Shown here piece after piece: positions 49,201 through 57,252 of a stretch of 64,000 bases of DNA (the stretch's first letter is position 1; each line of letters opens with the position of its first letter). The stretch spans positions 129,247 through 193,246 of the forward strand of contig DUUO01000005.1 of NCBI GenBank assembly GCA_012841525.1, given 5' to 3'. Source of the DNA: Clostridiales bacterium (GTDB taxonomy: Bacteria; Bacillota; Clostridia; Christensenellales; DTU072). Both the position numbers and the translations under genes were made by a program. Under the pieces are notes generated by a model, which saw only the letters and a program-made list of their open reading frames with translations, had not been told where the DNA came from and searched no databases.

Positions 49201-51467
49201 GCATGTTCATAATTAAGGTCAAATTCATCACCAGAAATAATACCTTGGACTTTATAATGAACATTTCTTATTAAATTTGTTCCTAGATTAGTGGTGCCAT
49301 CATACTCTCTAGATAAAGTACCTGTACCATTTTCTAATGTAACCACTTTTTGATTTATTTCAAGTTTAAACTTCAGTTTGTTTTCAAAAGAATTATTATA
49401 TACATAGATTTCAGAAGGATGTGTTACACTATTACCAGCAATAACATCACCATCTTGTAAATCTTCAAATATGTCATTTTCATATTTTTTCAATACAAAA
49501 TTATAGATTCCCGCTGTTTTTGGAATTTGTAGTGGTAAATTGCTAGATGCATCTATACTATTTGGTAGTTGTTGAGCTTCTGGGTACCCTTCTACAGGTG
49601 TATGTGTCATATACCATCTTAAAGATGAACTGAAAGAAGAACTCCCACTTAGCGACGCATTAAAATCTTTATTTTCTCCATTGTATTCAAAGACAGGAGT
49701 TGAGTTATATTTATTACTGTCTATTTTATAATCTACATTGATATCTTGTGATGTTATGGTGCATGTAAAAATTGCATCTAATTGGCCATAATCAAGATTA
49801 AAATAAAAATCATAACTTTTAGCTTTATTTGAATAGACTGAAATGTATTTATTGGGATCTCCAGATAACTGATATTTAAGTGCTGAAAGATATTTTTCAG
49901 ATGCCACACCTAAATCTACACAAATTTTAACTTGATATTTTAGAGGATTAGAACTAACTTTTTCAAAGCTACTGTATGAAACTGTAGCATTATTTATTCT
50001 ATCTGCATTTATGTTATTTCCATCATATACTGGAATTTTAACTTCTATATTTGTAGTTGTAGATGCAAGAATTCCATTGAACCCTAAATAATCATTGTTT
50101 GGTTGAGATATATAATTATCCCTAGATTCACGTTTGTTGTTTTTAACATTACCATCATTTCTAACGCCAGATGCAGATGATGGAATACCAACATTAACTT
50201 GATTATACGATGAAACTATAGCGTTGTTTGTAGAATTGTCTCTAAACATATACTTAATTGAAGTTTTAGTATCAACTGTATCACCAACTAAAAGTCTAGA
50301 TTTTCTTGAAAAACCAGACCCTGTTGAACCAACAACCAAGCCATTGTATTTATAAATCAAACCTTCAACATTAAACCAAGAAATATCAGTAAAATTCTTG
50401 CCAGATAAAATTCCCGCAGAATCATTAAAGATATGCGAGGTTGAACTAGACCCTCCTCCCTTTAATAAAGCAACTACAGCTCCACTACCTTCCACCAATA
50501 CACAGTTCAGTTTTGTTTTTGACTCAGTATCTGCTAAGCCGACAAATAACCCTGCTTGTGAACCATAATCAGAAATATGCACGTGTGTCTTACTTCCTTC
50601 ACCTCGAGATGACTCATATGTTATGCCAGCCACTTTACTATGAGATCGAGAAACCACAAGACCATCATGCTTAATAGAAACATTATTTGCAGTAAAATCA
50701 TTGCTAATTCCTACAACCAAGCTGACTGTAGCACTTACTGCTCTATCTTGTATCGACTTTGGGTAAATGTAATTAGGCCAAAAACCTTCCATTGGCAGAT
50801 CCGACGTCCCACTCATATTATCAATTCCCTCAACAACAAGACGAGAATTAGGTTTTGTTTCAATTTTTACATCTGTAATTGATGATGAAACACTTGAACT
50901 TCCTGCCAAAAGTCCAACATGAATTCTTGAAACTATTGTGCTATCAACTAAATTTCCACCGATATTTTTAGAATTATTTGAGTATGTGACATTAATATTA
51001 GCCGCAAATATTACATTTAAATTTGAGATTTGAGTATGGTTTAAATTCCCAAATAAAAGACCAACACTGATGTTTTCTTCATCATTCAAATCACCGCTAT
51101 GAGTATAATTCAATGTTTTAGTTCCTATTACAGTAATCGTATGACCATCACCGTCGAATTTTACGTTATTTAATGTTCTCTTTAAGGCATTGCTATTTGG
51201 CGAATTGTTAGCAGAATAATCTAAGGTAATATCATTTGCTAAGAAATAATCACCAGTTACAGTATCTTGGCTGCCAGAATAAAAAGCTTGAAAAAATTCT
51301 TCCCCATTCGTAATTGGAATTGGCTCTGCAGCATATACAATTTTAATGGGATGCATATATGAATTTGAAGCAATAAAAATGCCAAATAATAGCAATAAAA
51401 TCGCTAAAATAAACAATGAGATAAATTTAATGTGATTTGTCTTTGTTTTCATTATAAGCAACACCAT
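43275..51467 (-). CDS. Giant (2730 aa) surface protein: signal/TM N-terminus, GLUG-motif beta-helix region, many MBG/YDG-type repeats, C-terminal TM anchor
   Basis: This is the single longest ORF in the window. The N-terminal hydrophobic segment is FISLFILAILLLLFGIFIA. FDGDGHTI and repeated G-L-[LF]-x-G motifs (VGLLFGN, VGLLAGS, AGLFVGL) follow. Then come roughly two dozen ~85-100-aa repeats carrying Y-[DN]-G / NY motifs (e.g. FRGEAITPNVNV...DYNLTYSDNVNVGEAIVKIIGNGNYTGEKDVNFDITK). The C-terminus is IVIGGVLGLTVIILVFSFFARKRILRKAIRRKK with no LPXTG. An alternative start lies at ATG 51452 (MKTKT). Confidence 0.85.
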   Translation of the reverse strand: MVLLIMKTKTNHIKFISLFILAILLLLFGIFIASNSYMHPIKIVYAAEPIPITNGEEFFQAFYSGSQDTVTGDYFLANDITLDYSANNSPNSNALKRTLNNVKFDGDGHTITVIGTKTLNYTHSGDLNDEENISVGLLFGNLNHTQISNLNVIFAANINVTYSNNSKNIGGNLVDSTIVSRIHVGLLAGSSSVSSSITDVKIETKPNSRLVVEGIDNMSGTSDLPMEGFWPNYIYPKSIQDRAVSATVSLVVGISNDFTANNVSIKHDGLVVSRSHSKVAGITYESSRGEGSKTHVHISDYGSQAGLFVGLADTESKTKLNCVLVEGSGAVVALLKGGGSSSTSHIFNDSAGILSGKNFTDISWFNVEGLIYKYNGLVVGSTGSGFSRKSRLLVGDTVDTKTSIKYMFRDNSTNNAIVSSYNQVNVGIPSSASGVRNDGNVKNNKRESRDNYISQPNNDYLGFNGILASTTTNIEVKIPVYDGNNINADRINNATVSYSSFEKVSSNPLKYQVKICVDLGVASEKYLSALKYQLSGDPNKYISVYSNKAKSYDFYFNLDYGQLDAIFTCTITSQDINVDYKIDSNKYNSTPVFEYNGENKDFNASLSGSSSFSSSLRWYMTHTPVEGYPEAQQLPNSIDASSNLPLQIPKTAGIYNFVLKKYENDIFEDLQDGDVIAGNSVTHPSEIYVYNNSFENKLKFKLEINQKVVTLENGTGTLSREYDGTTNLGTNLIRNVHYKVQGIISGDEFDLNYEHAEFSDKSVGDNKEITITGITLCGVDVNGTMSLDYVNYKTTTNEMRFTSGKITKRKLDFVYSEDSLGQLGDDGAYSYNYIGAPIIPQVEPSGVVSNEDVSLSSKSYLSNNSNDTIAVDAVDVGTYYFRLTLSGSDSNNYELREGFEITSRGKMFRVVAKVIDVVWEINGIDILSSDYIPLVYNGNEQNYAVTNSSEDIYNRDKSGQRELEWTYIFRKAATNEVSDFRDAITYKVEASLVVKETTGQGTTKEFQNYIINASTKTANISIEKFAFTLAYKFNEALFSELTYNATDLKPFINAVQVTDEEPRLTRAELNKVNLNYYVDDLIVNSVKDVGTYKISPTYTSVNPNFKIKMPSSEFVFNVKPKTIKITIPQKEFVYRGEDIKSKITYERSGIENSDLQNVSVEISIPNHSEITNVGQYEGTVIITGSSSNNYKPEIWEDGAPVGNEVKINVIPYDLSAIYSDMPSIEISRILPQEFRGEAITPNVNVRLKKGNNIIETLYLLVDYNLTYSDNVNVGEAIVKIIGNGNYTGEKDVNFDITKRALSFTYTGNREYVYNSFNLKENITFEIGKSLSSFPASVVLSYFYKADGESNYSEITENEVVNSGSYYVENSLNPEDPNNANYELISEAFYFDIKKKDVSVTFSNYTNLVFDDNVKTINCNFTDENQLGENDKNDDTKISISLSYTKLTKQGTSISPENLINASKYFAKANLIGTASNNYKLIDETIYQEFYIEKLVVSPDFSINGGEIIYDTLDKKDQIIIENSSSSIPEIDKDSLPSWYIRQFRRVISQGVYSDVLISVRDAGRYRLEVSLPTSSNERASNYTVEVSKRFFEFEILKTTITSVFTKDGEKIPDGQSSWEYNAESLNIGTKLEIPIDNNASLEAKNKMKEELSLIQFSPNFYSIDMDGNETFITSIVDAGEYVAKIDDLEGTLTNYVLDENINKIFYFQITKKTISNISWGQGVADGIPYNAQVREITPSSQDIIGSDNIFGITAYYKKLLEQEEIQIDVSEIKNAGLYRIELSITNVNYKFFESVDIQKIFEIKKMTIQYTPLNREIVQEFGMSDLSYSYVHRVTHGSIFEDITVTLTREPGEDVRTENNGIYPFKTATSSNDNYEINLVASNEYGVRIVKYKHNVNPKIFSKEYDGSYISPELKETITVNLPNFVEITFNLIYTVPIATNAAYYDLLSYDWEKVDGNDHPHKKNIEVIIDPVNMENKYQILPKKISIDTPEDGALRFIYGDNVYVSQIYDYLEIINPEESVGDGSANDSYEKKGQYFDISLNDSSISELEQGHINFNDNGYLLSINMKSTNYVSDLNSEVRLYIDKRPIKTKYEINLSLNKIYDGTDKVIIEENLWKNSEVVDSVAILRGLSVRARFSNKDAGANKTIFVEYFVDNRYANNFDLLSEYELEQTGEILAKEIEVAFNVDERQSIYGDNFDLYIQPVTLVGNETLESQNINISLYTEINENIVPIENIKNVGIYNIKVKVENNDQNYIFTNSNITARLIIQKRNIGIQAGNEYVKYEDGTVDVDISQGGYYKFTNVIESDLDKLFIDGYSAELLYPSHDLTPNAVQVRNIKLKSIFTDTEDKLENNYILNVVDVLTIPAKVLPIYRDLILNEKTVSFDNKPKEIEASVSLAEGATLHLSYDGESTPPINAGRYRVTSFVKRGDYEIEGPATNLIIEKVNPIIEFSGNFRQEYGSFTEITAKAKSPFGLNENAIISYSFDSQNLLYAPAGENHIVYAKFEENTNYNAATQTRKLVIKPKAVTISFSNYDNIVYNGKDQKENILITVNGAMEDDLFKPYKVFSPNEVKDAGDYSVVVSSRDPNYTITGVSSLNFRVKKANLTVVVKIDDTVISEKPRFIIEYEGFFGNDDVTSLEKEPVVIISQSKLGENIAIPQVGQAQNYDFVFKEEKITYNVTSSGQTNVKSANLPYIVIGGVLGLTVIILVFSFFARKRILRKAIRRKK

Positions 51468-51521
51468 TTAATGTTCGAATTCATTTTTCAGTAAATTTTA
51501 ATGAAGCTTCTACTTCTATTT

Positions 51522-51550
51522 AATTATATAACATTTTAGCATAGCGTGAA
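51522..51550 (-). promoter_or_regulatory. Candidate sigma-A promoter for the giant surface-protein gene
   Basis: On the minus strand: TTTCAC (51550-51545), a 17-nt spacer, then TATAAT (51527-51522) with an upstream TG (TGTTATATAAT), about 55 nt before the ORF. Confidence 0.35.
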
Positions 51551-51564
51551 AGAGGAAAATATTA

Positions 51565-52275
51565 TTAATCGATTTCTAAAAAATCTTCACCTTCTAGAAA
51601 ATCTGGCACTTCATCTACATCTAGTCTATCATTTTCTTCAATTAAGATATTATTTTCTTCTTCATCGCTGTCATCTGCAATATTTTTTTGCTTAAATAGT
51701 CTTTGATCGCCATATAACATTTCATATTTTGTTTTAATTTCATTCATTATAAAATCATATTTTGGCATATCACTTAAGCTTTTTAATCCAAATTTTTTCA
51801 AAAACTCTTCTGTTGTAGCATATAAAATAGGCCTTCCAATTGTATCTTTTCGTCCTACAGGATAAATTAAATTTAATCTTGATAGCATTGAAATTGCATA
51901 TTCAGGATTAATTCCACGCAAATCCTCTATTTCTGCTCTTGTTATTGGTTGTTTGTAAGCAATTATGGCAAGAACTTGTAATAGAACTTTGCTAATTTCT
52001 CTTTCTTTCGTTTCAACTAAAATTTCAGATATTACTTCTCCGTATTTTGGATTTGATTGAAATTGCATTTTGTTTCCAAATCTTATCAATAAAATGCCAT
52101 TATCATTTGAAAATTCCTTTTCAAGCTCTAAAATTGCATTTGATATCACTTCTTTTGAAAAATATTCTGCTAACTCAATGTAAATTTTATCAACAATAAT
52201 TCCACTGCCGTTTGCAAAAATTAAGGCTTTAATTATTTCTTTTGCTTTTTTTGATTGACTTAAATCTTTTCCCAT
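51565..52275 (-). CDS. scpB: Segregation and condensation protein B
   Basis: 236 aa with tandem wHTH (ALIFANGSGI...; QPITRAEIEDLRGI...GRPILYATT..FLKKFGL) and an acidic C-terminal tail. Confidence 0.9.
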   Translation of the reverse strand: MGKDLSQSKKAKEIIKALIFANGSGIIVDKIYIELAEYFSKEVISNAILELEKEFSNDNGILLIRFGNKMQFQSNPKYGEVISEILVETKEREISKVLLQVLAIIAYKQPITRAEIEDLRGINPEYAISMLSRLNLIYPVGRKDTIGRPILYATTEEFLKKFGLKSLSDMPKYDFIMNEIKTKYEMLYGDQRLFKQKNIADDSDEEENNILIEENDRLDVDEVPDFLEGEDFLEID

Positions 52276-52296
52276 AACATTTAATCCTTCAATGAT

Positions 52297-53100
52297 TTAT
52301 TCATAACTATCGATATTTTCAAATAATGTCTCGATTTCAAATTCTAAGTTATTTTCGTTAAATTTTATTAAAATGTCTCTTTCCTCTTGGTTAATATTGA
52401 TAATATTAAGCTTTACTAACTCAAGAACAGCTAAAAAAGTTGTAATTTTCTCGGTTTTTGAGAAATCATCATCTATTAATTTTGAAAATAGAAAACTTTT
52501 TTTGTCTTTGACATATTTAGCCAAATATTCAATCCTATTTGCCACAGAAAATCTTTCTTTTTCTATAACTTTTGGTATAGTTTTTACTTCAAAAAACTCT
52601 TCATTTTCTTCTAAAAGCAACTTAAATGCCTCTACCATCTTATCAATAGTAGAATCTTTGACAATCAATACTGCATCTTTGTCAGTAAATTCAGGACTAC
52701 GATAAAATCTATTTAAAATTTCTTTGTTAGATAATTCATTCGCTGCTTCTTGAAGCATTCTATATTCTTCAGCCTTTAGAAACAAAAGTTCTTCAGAATC
52801 AACCTCCTCAAAATCATCTTCTAAAGAATCGTTTAGAGGTAAAAGTCTTGCAGATTTAATTTCAATAAGCATTGCTGCATAGACTAAAAATGCAGATATT
52901 TCATCATAATCCTTTTCTTCATTTTGCATTTTTTCAACATATTTTACAAACTCAGAAGTAATATTTGAAATAAATATGTCCCTAATATCTACCTTATTTG
53001 TGCTACACAAGTTTAATAAAACCTCAATTGGCACACTTTCTTCGTATTCTGAATAAGAAACATTAAATTGATTATCATTTTTCAAATTATGCGATGACAT
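52297..53100 (-). CDS. scpA: Segregation and condensation protein A (kleisin)
   Basis: 267 aa. The N-terminus PIEVLLNLCSTNKVDIRDIFISNITSEFVKY is typical of ScpA, and the gene sits directly upstream of scpB. Confidence 0.85.
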   Translation of the reverse strand: MSSHNLKNDNQFNVSYSEYEESVPIEVLLNLCSTNKVDIRDIFISNITSEFVKYVEKMQNEEKDYDEISAFLVYAAMLIEIKSARLLPLNDSLEDDFEEVDSEELLFLKAEEYRMLQEAANELSNKEILNRFYRSPEFTDKDAVLIVKDSTIDKMVEAFKLLLEENEEFFEVKTIPKVIEKERFSVANRIEYLAKYVKDKKSFLFSKLIDDDFSKTEKITTFLAVLELVKLNIININQEERDILIKFNENNLEFEIETLFENIDSYE

Positions 53101-53818
53101 GAGCTGCTCCTTTCATTACTGCAAAGTCTAATTTATCAATTAACATTCCCACCATTCCAAATAAATCCAAATACCAAATATCAAGTGCTCGCATAATATT
53201 GCTAAAAATAATGAAACCGATAAGTATATATGTACCGTATTTGACCATAAATAATTTATATTTAGCGCCAACATCATATGGTAAAATTGTGCTTAAAAAA
53301 TTATAACCATCCAACGGATAAATTGGCAAAATGTTAAAAACAGCCAAAATAATGTTAATTTGCAAAGAAATTCTAAAAAGATATATAAAAAATTTAATAA
53401 ACATTCCCGATGCGTAAGAATTAGATACATACACGGTAAAAAATGCTAGATAAGTGAAAAAAAGAAATAATAAACTAATCAATGCCACGATAATATTTGA
53501 TATTACACCAGCAAGAGAAACCTCAATCATGCCCTTTTTATAGTTAGAAAAATTATTAGGATTTATTGGAACAGGCTTCGCCCAACCAAAGCCTATAAGC
53601 AAAAGCATTAAAAAACCAAGTGGTGAAAAGTGAGCAACAGGATTAAATGTTAACCTATTGTTAATTTGTGCAGTTAAATCACCATTTCTTTTTGCTGCAT
53701 AACCATGGCTTACTTCATGTAATACAACTGCAAAAGTTCCAGCAATTGCAAAAGATAAAAGCAATAATATAATATCAACAGCATCAATACCACTACGAAT
53801 TAAATTATAAATGAACAT
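53087..53818 (-). CDS. Site-2 protease family zinc metalloprotease (peptidase M50), membrane-embedded
   Basis: 243 aa. It is polytopic and hydrophobic, with the HExxH motif (LHEVSHG) in TM1 and PIYPLDG downstream. It overlaps scpA by 14 nt. Confidence 0.8.
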   Translation of the reverse strand: MFIYNLIRSGIDAVDIILLLLSFAIAGTFAVVLHEVSHGYAAKRNGDLTAQINNRLTFNPVAHFSPLGFLMLLLIGFGWAKPVPINPNNFSNYKKGMIEVSLAGVISNIIVALISLLFLFFTYLAFFTVYVSNSYASGMFIKFFIYLFRISLQINIILAVFNILPIYPLDGYNFLSTILPYDVGAKYKLFMVKYGTYILIGFIIFSNIMRALDIWYLDLFGMVGMLIDKLDFAVMKGAAHVIA

Positions 53819-54086
53819 AAATTACCCTAAAATTTTAATAATTAAATTGTAGTAAATATATAGAGGCTAGTCAACAAATATAAGCATTAAAATTTTAGAT
53901 AAAACAGGAAAAGAAAACTTTAAATTTTTATATATAAGGGGGATTAATGAATTATTATTCTAAATTTACATTTTATGAGATATAACGTCTAGTGTTAGGC
54001 TTATTTTTAATATAGTTATATATTTTAATCTAATTTGGAATAAAATCAAGCAAAATTAAAAAGTTATAGCCCCCTGCATTAATTTG

Positions 54087-54977
54087 TTAAATAATATACT
54101 TTTCATTTATTTTAATCTCATTTGCAAAATGAATATCTTTATAAATTTGATTATATAATCCACTTTTATTTTCAAAGGCCTTCACATCTCTAATTCTATC
54201 TACAAAATACAATTTTAAATTCTTGTTATAAATATCTAAATTAAAGTTAAAAATATGTGTCTCTATTACAAAACTATCAATATTATATGTAGGAATTTTG
54301 CCAATATGTGTAACTGATTTGTAAATATGCCCTTCAAGCTCTGAAACTGTAACATAAACACCACTTTGTGGTATTGTTTTTTTGTCGTTTATTGTTATGT
54401 TTGCCGTATTAAGTTTATTGTTTCGTCCTTCTTGTCTACCAGTAACAACTAATCCATTAATACTAAAATATCTATTTAATAAATTAGTAACCGTTTTAAT
54501 GTCGCCGTTTTTTAAATATGTTCTTAATGTAGTGCTTGCAATTTTTCTGCCATTTATGCTTAAAAGCGGCAAAATGTTTAATTTAATTCCTCTTTCAGAA
54601 CACTTCTTTTCCAAAAAAGAAGCATCTTTTTGATCTTTGCCAAATCTAAAATCCTCACCTACAACAATATGTTTTACATTATAATCATTTAATAATTTTT
54701 CAAAAAAACTTTTGGCATCTAATGATAATATCTTTGAAGACTTTAATGTTATAACTTTATTTATACCATAATGATGAAATAATTTTTCTCTTTCGTATGA
54801 TAAATATATATTTTTTTCTGGATTATTTAATAAAGAATAAAAATCATCGTCAAAAGTGATAATTCCAGGGATTAAGTCATTATCTTTTGCAATTTTTAAT
54901 ATGGTATCTATTATGTTTTGATGTCCTATATGAACGCTATCAAAAAAACCTAAACCAAAAATATATCCTTTTCCCAT
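54087..54977 (-). CDS. ribF: Bifunctional riboflavin kinase / FMN adenylyltransferase
   Basis: 296 aa. The N-terminal FAD synthetase part carries GFFDSVHIGHQ. The C-terminal riboflavin kinase part carries GRNNKLNTANI...PQSGVY and ETHIFNF. Confidence 0.9.
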   Translation of the reverse strand: MGKGYIFGLGFFDSVHIGHQNIIDTILKIAKDNDLIPGIITFDDDFYSLLNNPEKNIYLSYEREKLFHHYGINKVITLKSSKILSLDAKSFFEKLLNDYNVKHIVVGEDFRFGKDQKDASFLEKKCSERGIKLNILPLLSINGRKIASTTLRTYLKNGDIKTVTNLLNRYFSINGLVVTGRQEGRNNKLNTANITINDKKTIPQSGVYVTVSELEGHIYKSVTHIGKIPTYNIDSFVIETHIFNFNLDIYNKNLKLYFVDRIRDVKAFENKSGLYNQIYKDIHFANEIKINEKYII

Positions 54978-55059
54978 AAATACACCTTTTATCCCTATAT
55001 GTCTTTTGTTTTATCTTCGCATAATATGGATTTTTAAATATGATTATCATTTTGTTGTT

Positions 55060-55923
55060 TTATGATAACCATGTTTTAATATTCACAAAATCCTCAACAT
55101 TTTGACCTATTCCAACAAAATAACCTTCAACATATGCCTTAAAAATTTTTGGAGCATTAGGAATCTTGCATTTTATACCATTGAGAACTTTTTTTGCATA
55201 TTTGCTTTCTATATTAAATACAGGTAAATCAAATAATACATCTTCTATTGCAATAAGGTCATCTTTCAACGATATATCATCAATTTTTTTAGAGTTTTCA
55301 ACATTAAATGGCCCTGATTGAATTCTTTCAAGCTCAATTACTGTGGCAAGAGAATTTACTTTAATCGCTAAATCTTTTACAAAGCTTCTAACATAAAATC
55401 CTTTTCCACAACTAATAATTAAATCTAAATTTTTATCAAATTTTAATAATTTAATACTATTAATCCTAACAAATTGTGGTTCTAGACAAAAATCAATACC
55501 TTGTCTTGCTAAATCATAAGCTCTTTTTCCGTTGATGCTTTTCGCTGAAATATTTGGAGGAATTTGGTTATATCCACTACCAAAACTTTCTATTGCATCT
55601 AAAATCTGGCTTTCTTTTGGAATATTAGAGCATTTTTTTATAATTTTTCCAGTTGCGTCTAGTGTATCAGTCTCATATCCAAATTCTGCACTAACTTTAT
55701 ACTTTTTATCTTTATCAATAAAATAATCAAATAATTTTGTAGCCTTACCAATTGCAATCGGCAAAACACCTTTGGCTGCTGGATCCAGAGTTCCAAAATG
55801 TCCTACTTTTACATTAATATTAGGAAAAGATTCTTTAAGCTTGCGTTTTATAATAGAAACTACAAGTGACGAAGTAATATCTTTTTCTTTATAAACATTT
55901 ATTATTCCATTAATGTTTATCAT
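55060..55923 (-). CDS. truB: tRNA pseudouridine(55) synthase
   Basis: 287 aa with the catalytic motif GHFGTLDPAAKGVLPI and YNQIPPNISAKSINGKRAY. Confidence 0.9.
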   Translation of the reverse strand: MININGIINVYKEKDITSSLVVSIIKRKLKESFPNINVKVGHFGTLDPAAKGVLPIAIGKATKLFDYFIDKDKKYKVSAEFGYETDTLDATGKIIKKCSNIPKESQILDAIESFGSGYNQIPPNISAKSINGKRAYDLARQGIDFCLEPQFVRINSIKLLKFDKNLDLIISCGKGFYVRSFVKDLAIKVNSLATVIELERIQSGPFNVENSKKIDDISLKDDLIAIEDVLFDLPVFNIESKYAKKVLNGIKCKIPNAPKIFKAYVEGYFVGIGQNVEDFVNIKTWLS

Positions 55924-56893
55924 ATTTATCTAAATAATGCTTTGAAACAGAAACAAGTTTATTTAAAACTTCATCTTTAGGGCCATAAAGTTTACATCCA
56001 CTGGCATTTTTATGTCCACCACCACCAAAATGTTCTGCAATTAATGAAGAATCAAAATCTCCTTTGCTTCTCAAGCCAACTTTAAATTCGTTATTTGAAA
56101 TTTCAACAATGGATAATGCTAATATAACTTCCTTTATATTAACTAAAATATTTACAATACCGTCAGTATCAACTAATTTCGTTTCAGTTTGCTTGAAATC
56201 TTCAGATGTAAACATTATAACTCCAAGCCTTTTATCATAATAAAACATTGCATTAGATAATACTCTTAAAGATAGACTAAATGCGTTATATGATGTTTCT
56301 AAATATAATACTCTTGCTAATAAACTATGATCAACGCCATAAGAAATTAATTCAGATGCAACTTCAAAAGTTTCTACAGTAGTAGAATTATATGAAAAAT
56401 TACCACTATCAGTTATTAACCCAGCATAAAGACATGTGGCCACATCTAAATCAATCGCATCTATATCATTTTCTTTGAAAAACTTATATAAAATTTGAGT
56501 TGTTGATGCAGAGTTTGCATCTAAAATTAAAATATCAGTAAATTTGGAATACGATTTATGGTGATCAAAACTTATTGTAATTTCACAATGTGTATTTAAA
56601 ATTTTTAACATTTTTTTGCCAAGTCGCGTTGGACTTGCACAATCTAATGTGATACCCAAATCATAATGAGAGGAAGGAGATGTGCTATTAATTACATCTA
56701 TATTTGGCAATATATAAATATTGTCTCGAATTTCCTCTGTGGGCTCTAGAAAAACATCAACTTTTTTGCCTAAATTGGTTAAATATTTGTACATTGCTAA
56801 ACTTGAACCGACACAATCTGCATCAGGATTAATATGCATAAATAATGCGACTGTTTCTACTGAATACAATATTTTAGTGACATGCTCATACAT
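55910..56893 (-). CDS. nrnA: DHH/DHHA1 phosphoesterase (NrnA-like oligoribonuclease / pAp phosphatase)
   Basis: Motifs HINPDADCVGS, DCA, FDHH and GGGHKNASG. It occupies the conserved slot between rbfA and truB. The start is assigned to ATG 56893 (MYEHV), overlapping the rbfA stop; the track ORF starts at 56938. Confidence 0.8.
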   Translation of the reverse strand: MYEHVTKILYSVETVALFMHINPDADCVGSSLAMYKYLTNLGKKVDVFLEPTEEIRDNIYILPNIDVINSTSPSSHYDLGITLDCASPTRLGKKMLKILNTHCEITISFDHHKSYSKFTDILILDANSASTTQILYKFFKENDIDAIDLDVATCLYAGLITDSGNFSYNSTTVETFEVASELISYGVDHSLLARVLYLETSYNAFSLSLRVLSNAMFYYDKRLGVIMFTSEDFKQTETKLVDTDGIVNILVNIKEVILALSIVEISNNEFKVGLRSKGDFDSSLIAEHFGGGGHKNASGCKLYGPKDEVLNKLVSVSKHYLDKYDKH

Positions 56894-57245
56894 TTTTATC
56901 GTTCTCTTTTTCTTCATGAATTTTTTGAATAATTGCATTTATTTGCATAGAATGCTCTAATCCTTTATCATATTCAAAAACTATTTGAGGTATTAATCTG
57001 ATATCCATGCGTTCAAAAAGCAATTTTCGAATATATGATGATGCTTTATTTAGTATTTCAACATAAGTTTTTGCATTTTTTGTGTTATTAAAGCTTATTT
57101 TTACTTTAGCAAACTGCAAATCTTTAGTGGTTGAAACAGAAGTTATTGTAAATAACTCATCAACCAATCTAGGATCGCTAATTTCATTTTTTATTATTAA
57201 AGTAATCTCTTTCGCTAATTGTGAATTTATTCTTTCTATTTTCAT
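56886..57245 (-). CDS. rbfA: Ribosome-binding factor A
   Basis: 119 aa (RINSQLAKEITLIIKNEISDPRL...ITSVSTTKDLQFAKV), immediately after infB. Confidence 0.9.
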   Translation of the reverse strand: MKIERINSQLAKEITLIIKNEISDPRLVDELFTITSVSTTKDLQFAKVKISFNNTKNAKTYVEILNKASSYIRKLLFERMDIRLIPQIVFEYDKGLEHSMQINAIIQKIHEEKENDKNV

Positions 57246-57252
57246 AATATCC

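Noticed and set aside
53937-53986. 12-codon aromatic-rich mini-ORF (MNYYSKFTFYEI) after a strong AAGGGGGA box on the plus strand, between the M50 protease and ribF
   Set aside because: It lies opposite to the transcription direction of the whole block, has no downstream plus-strand gene to regulate and has very short SD spacing. It cannot be supported from sequence alone.
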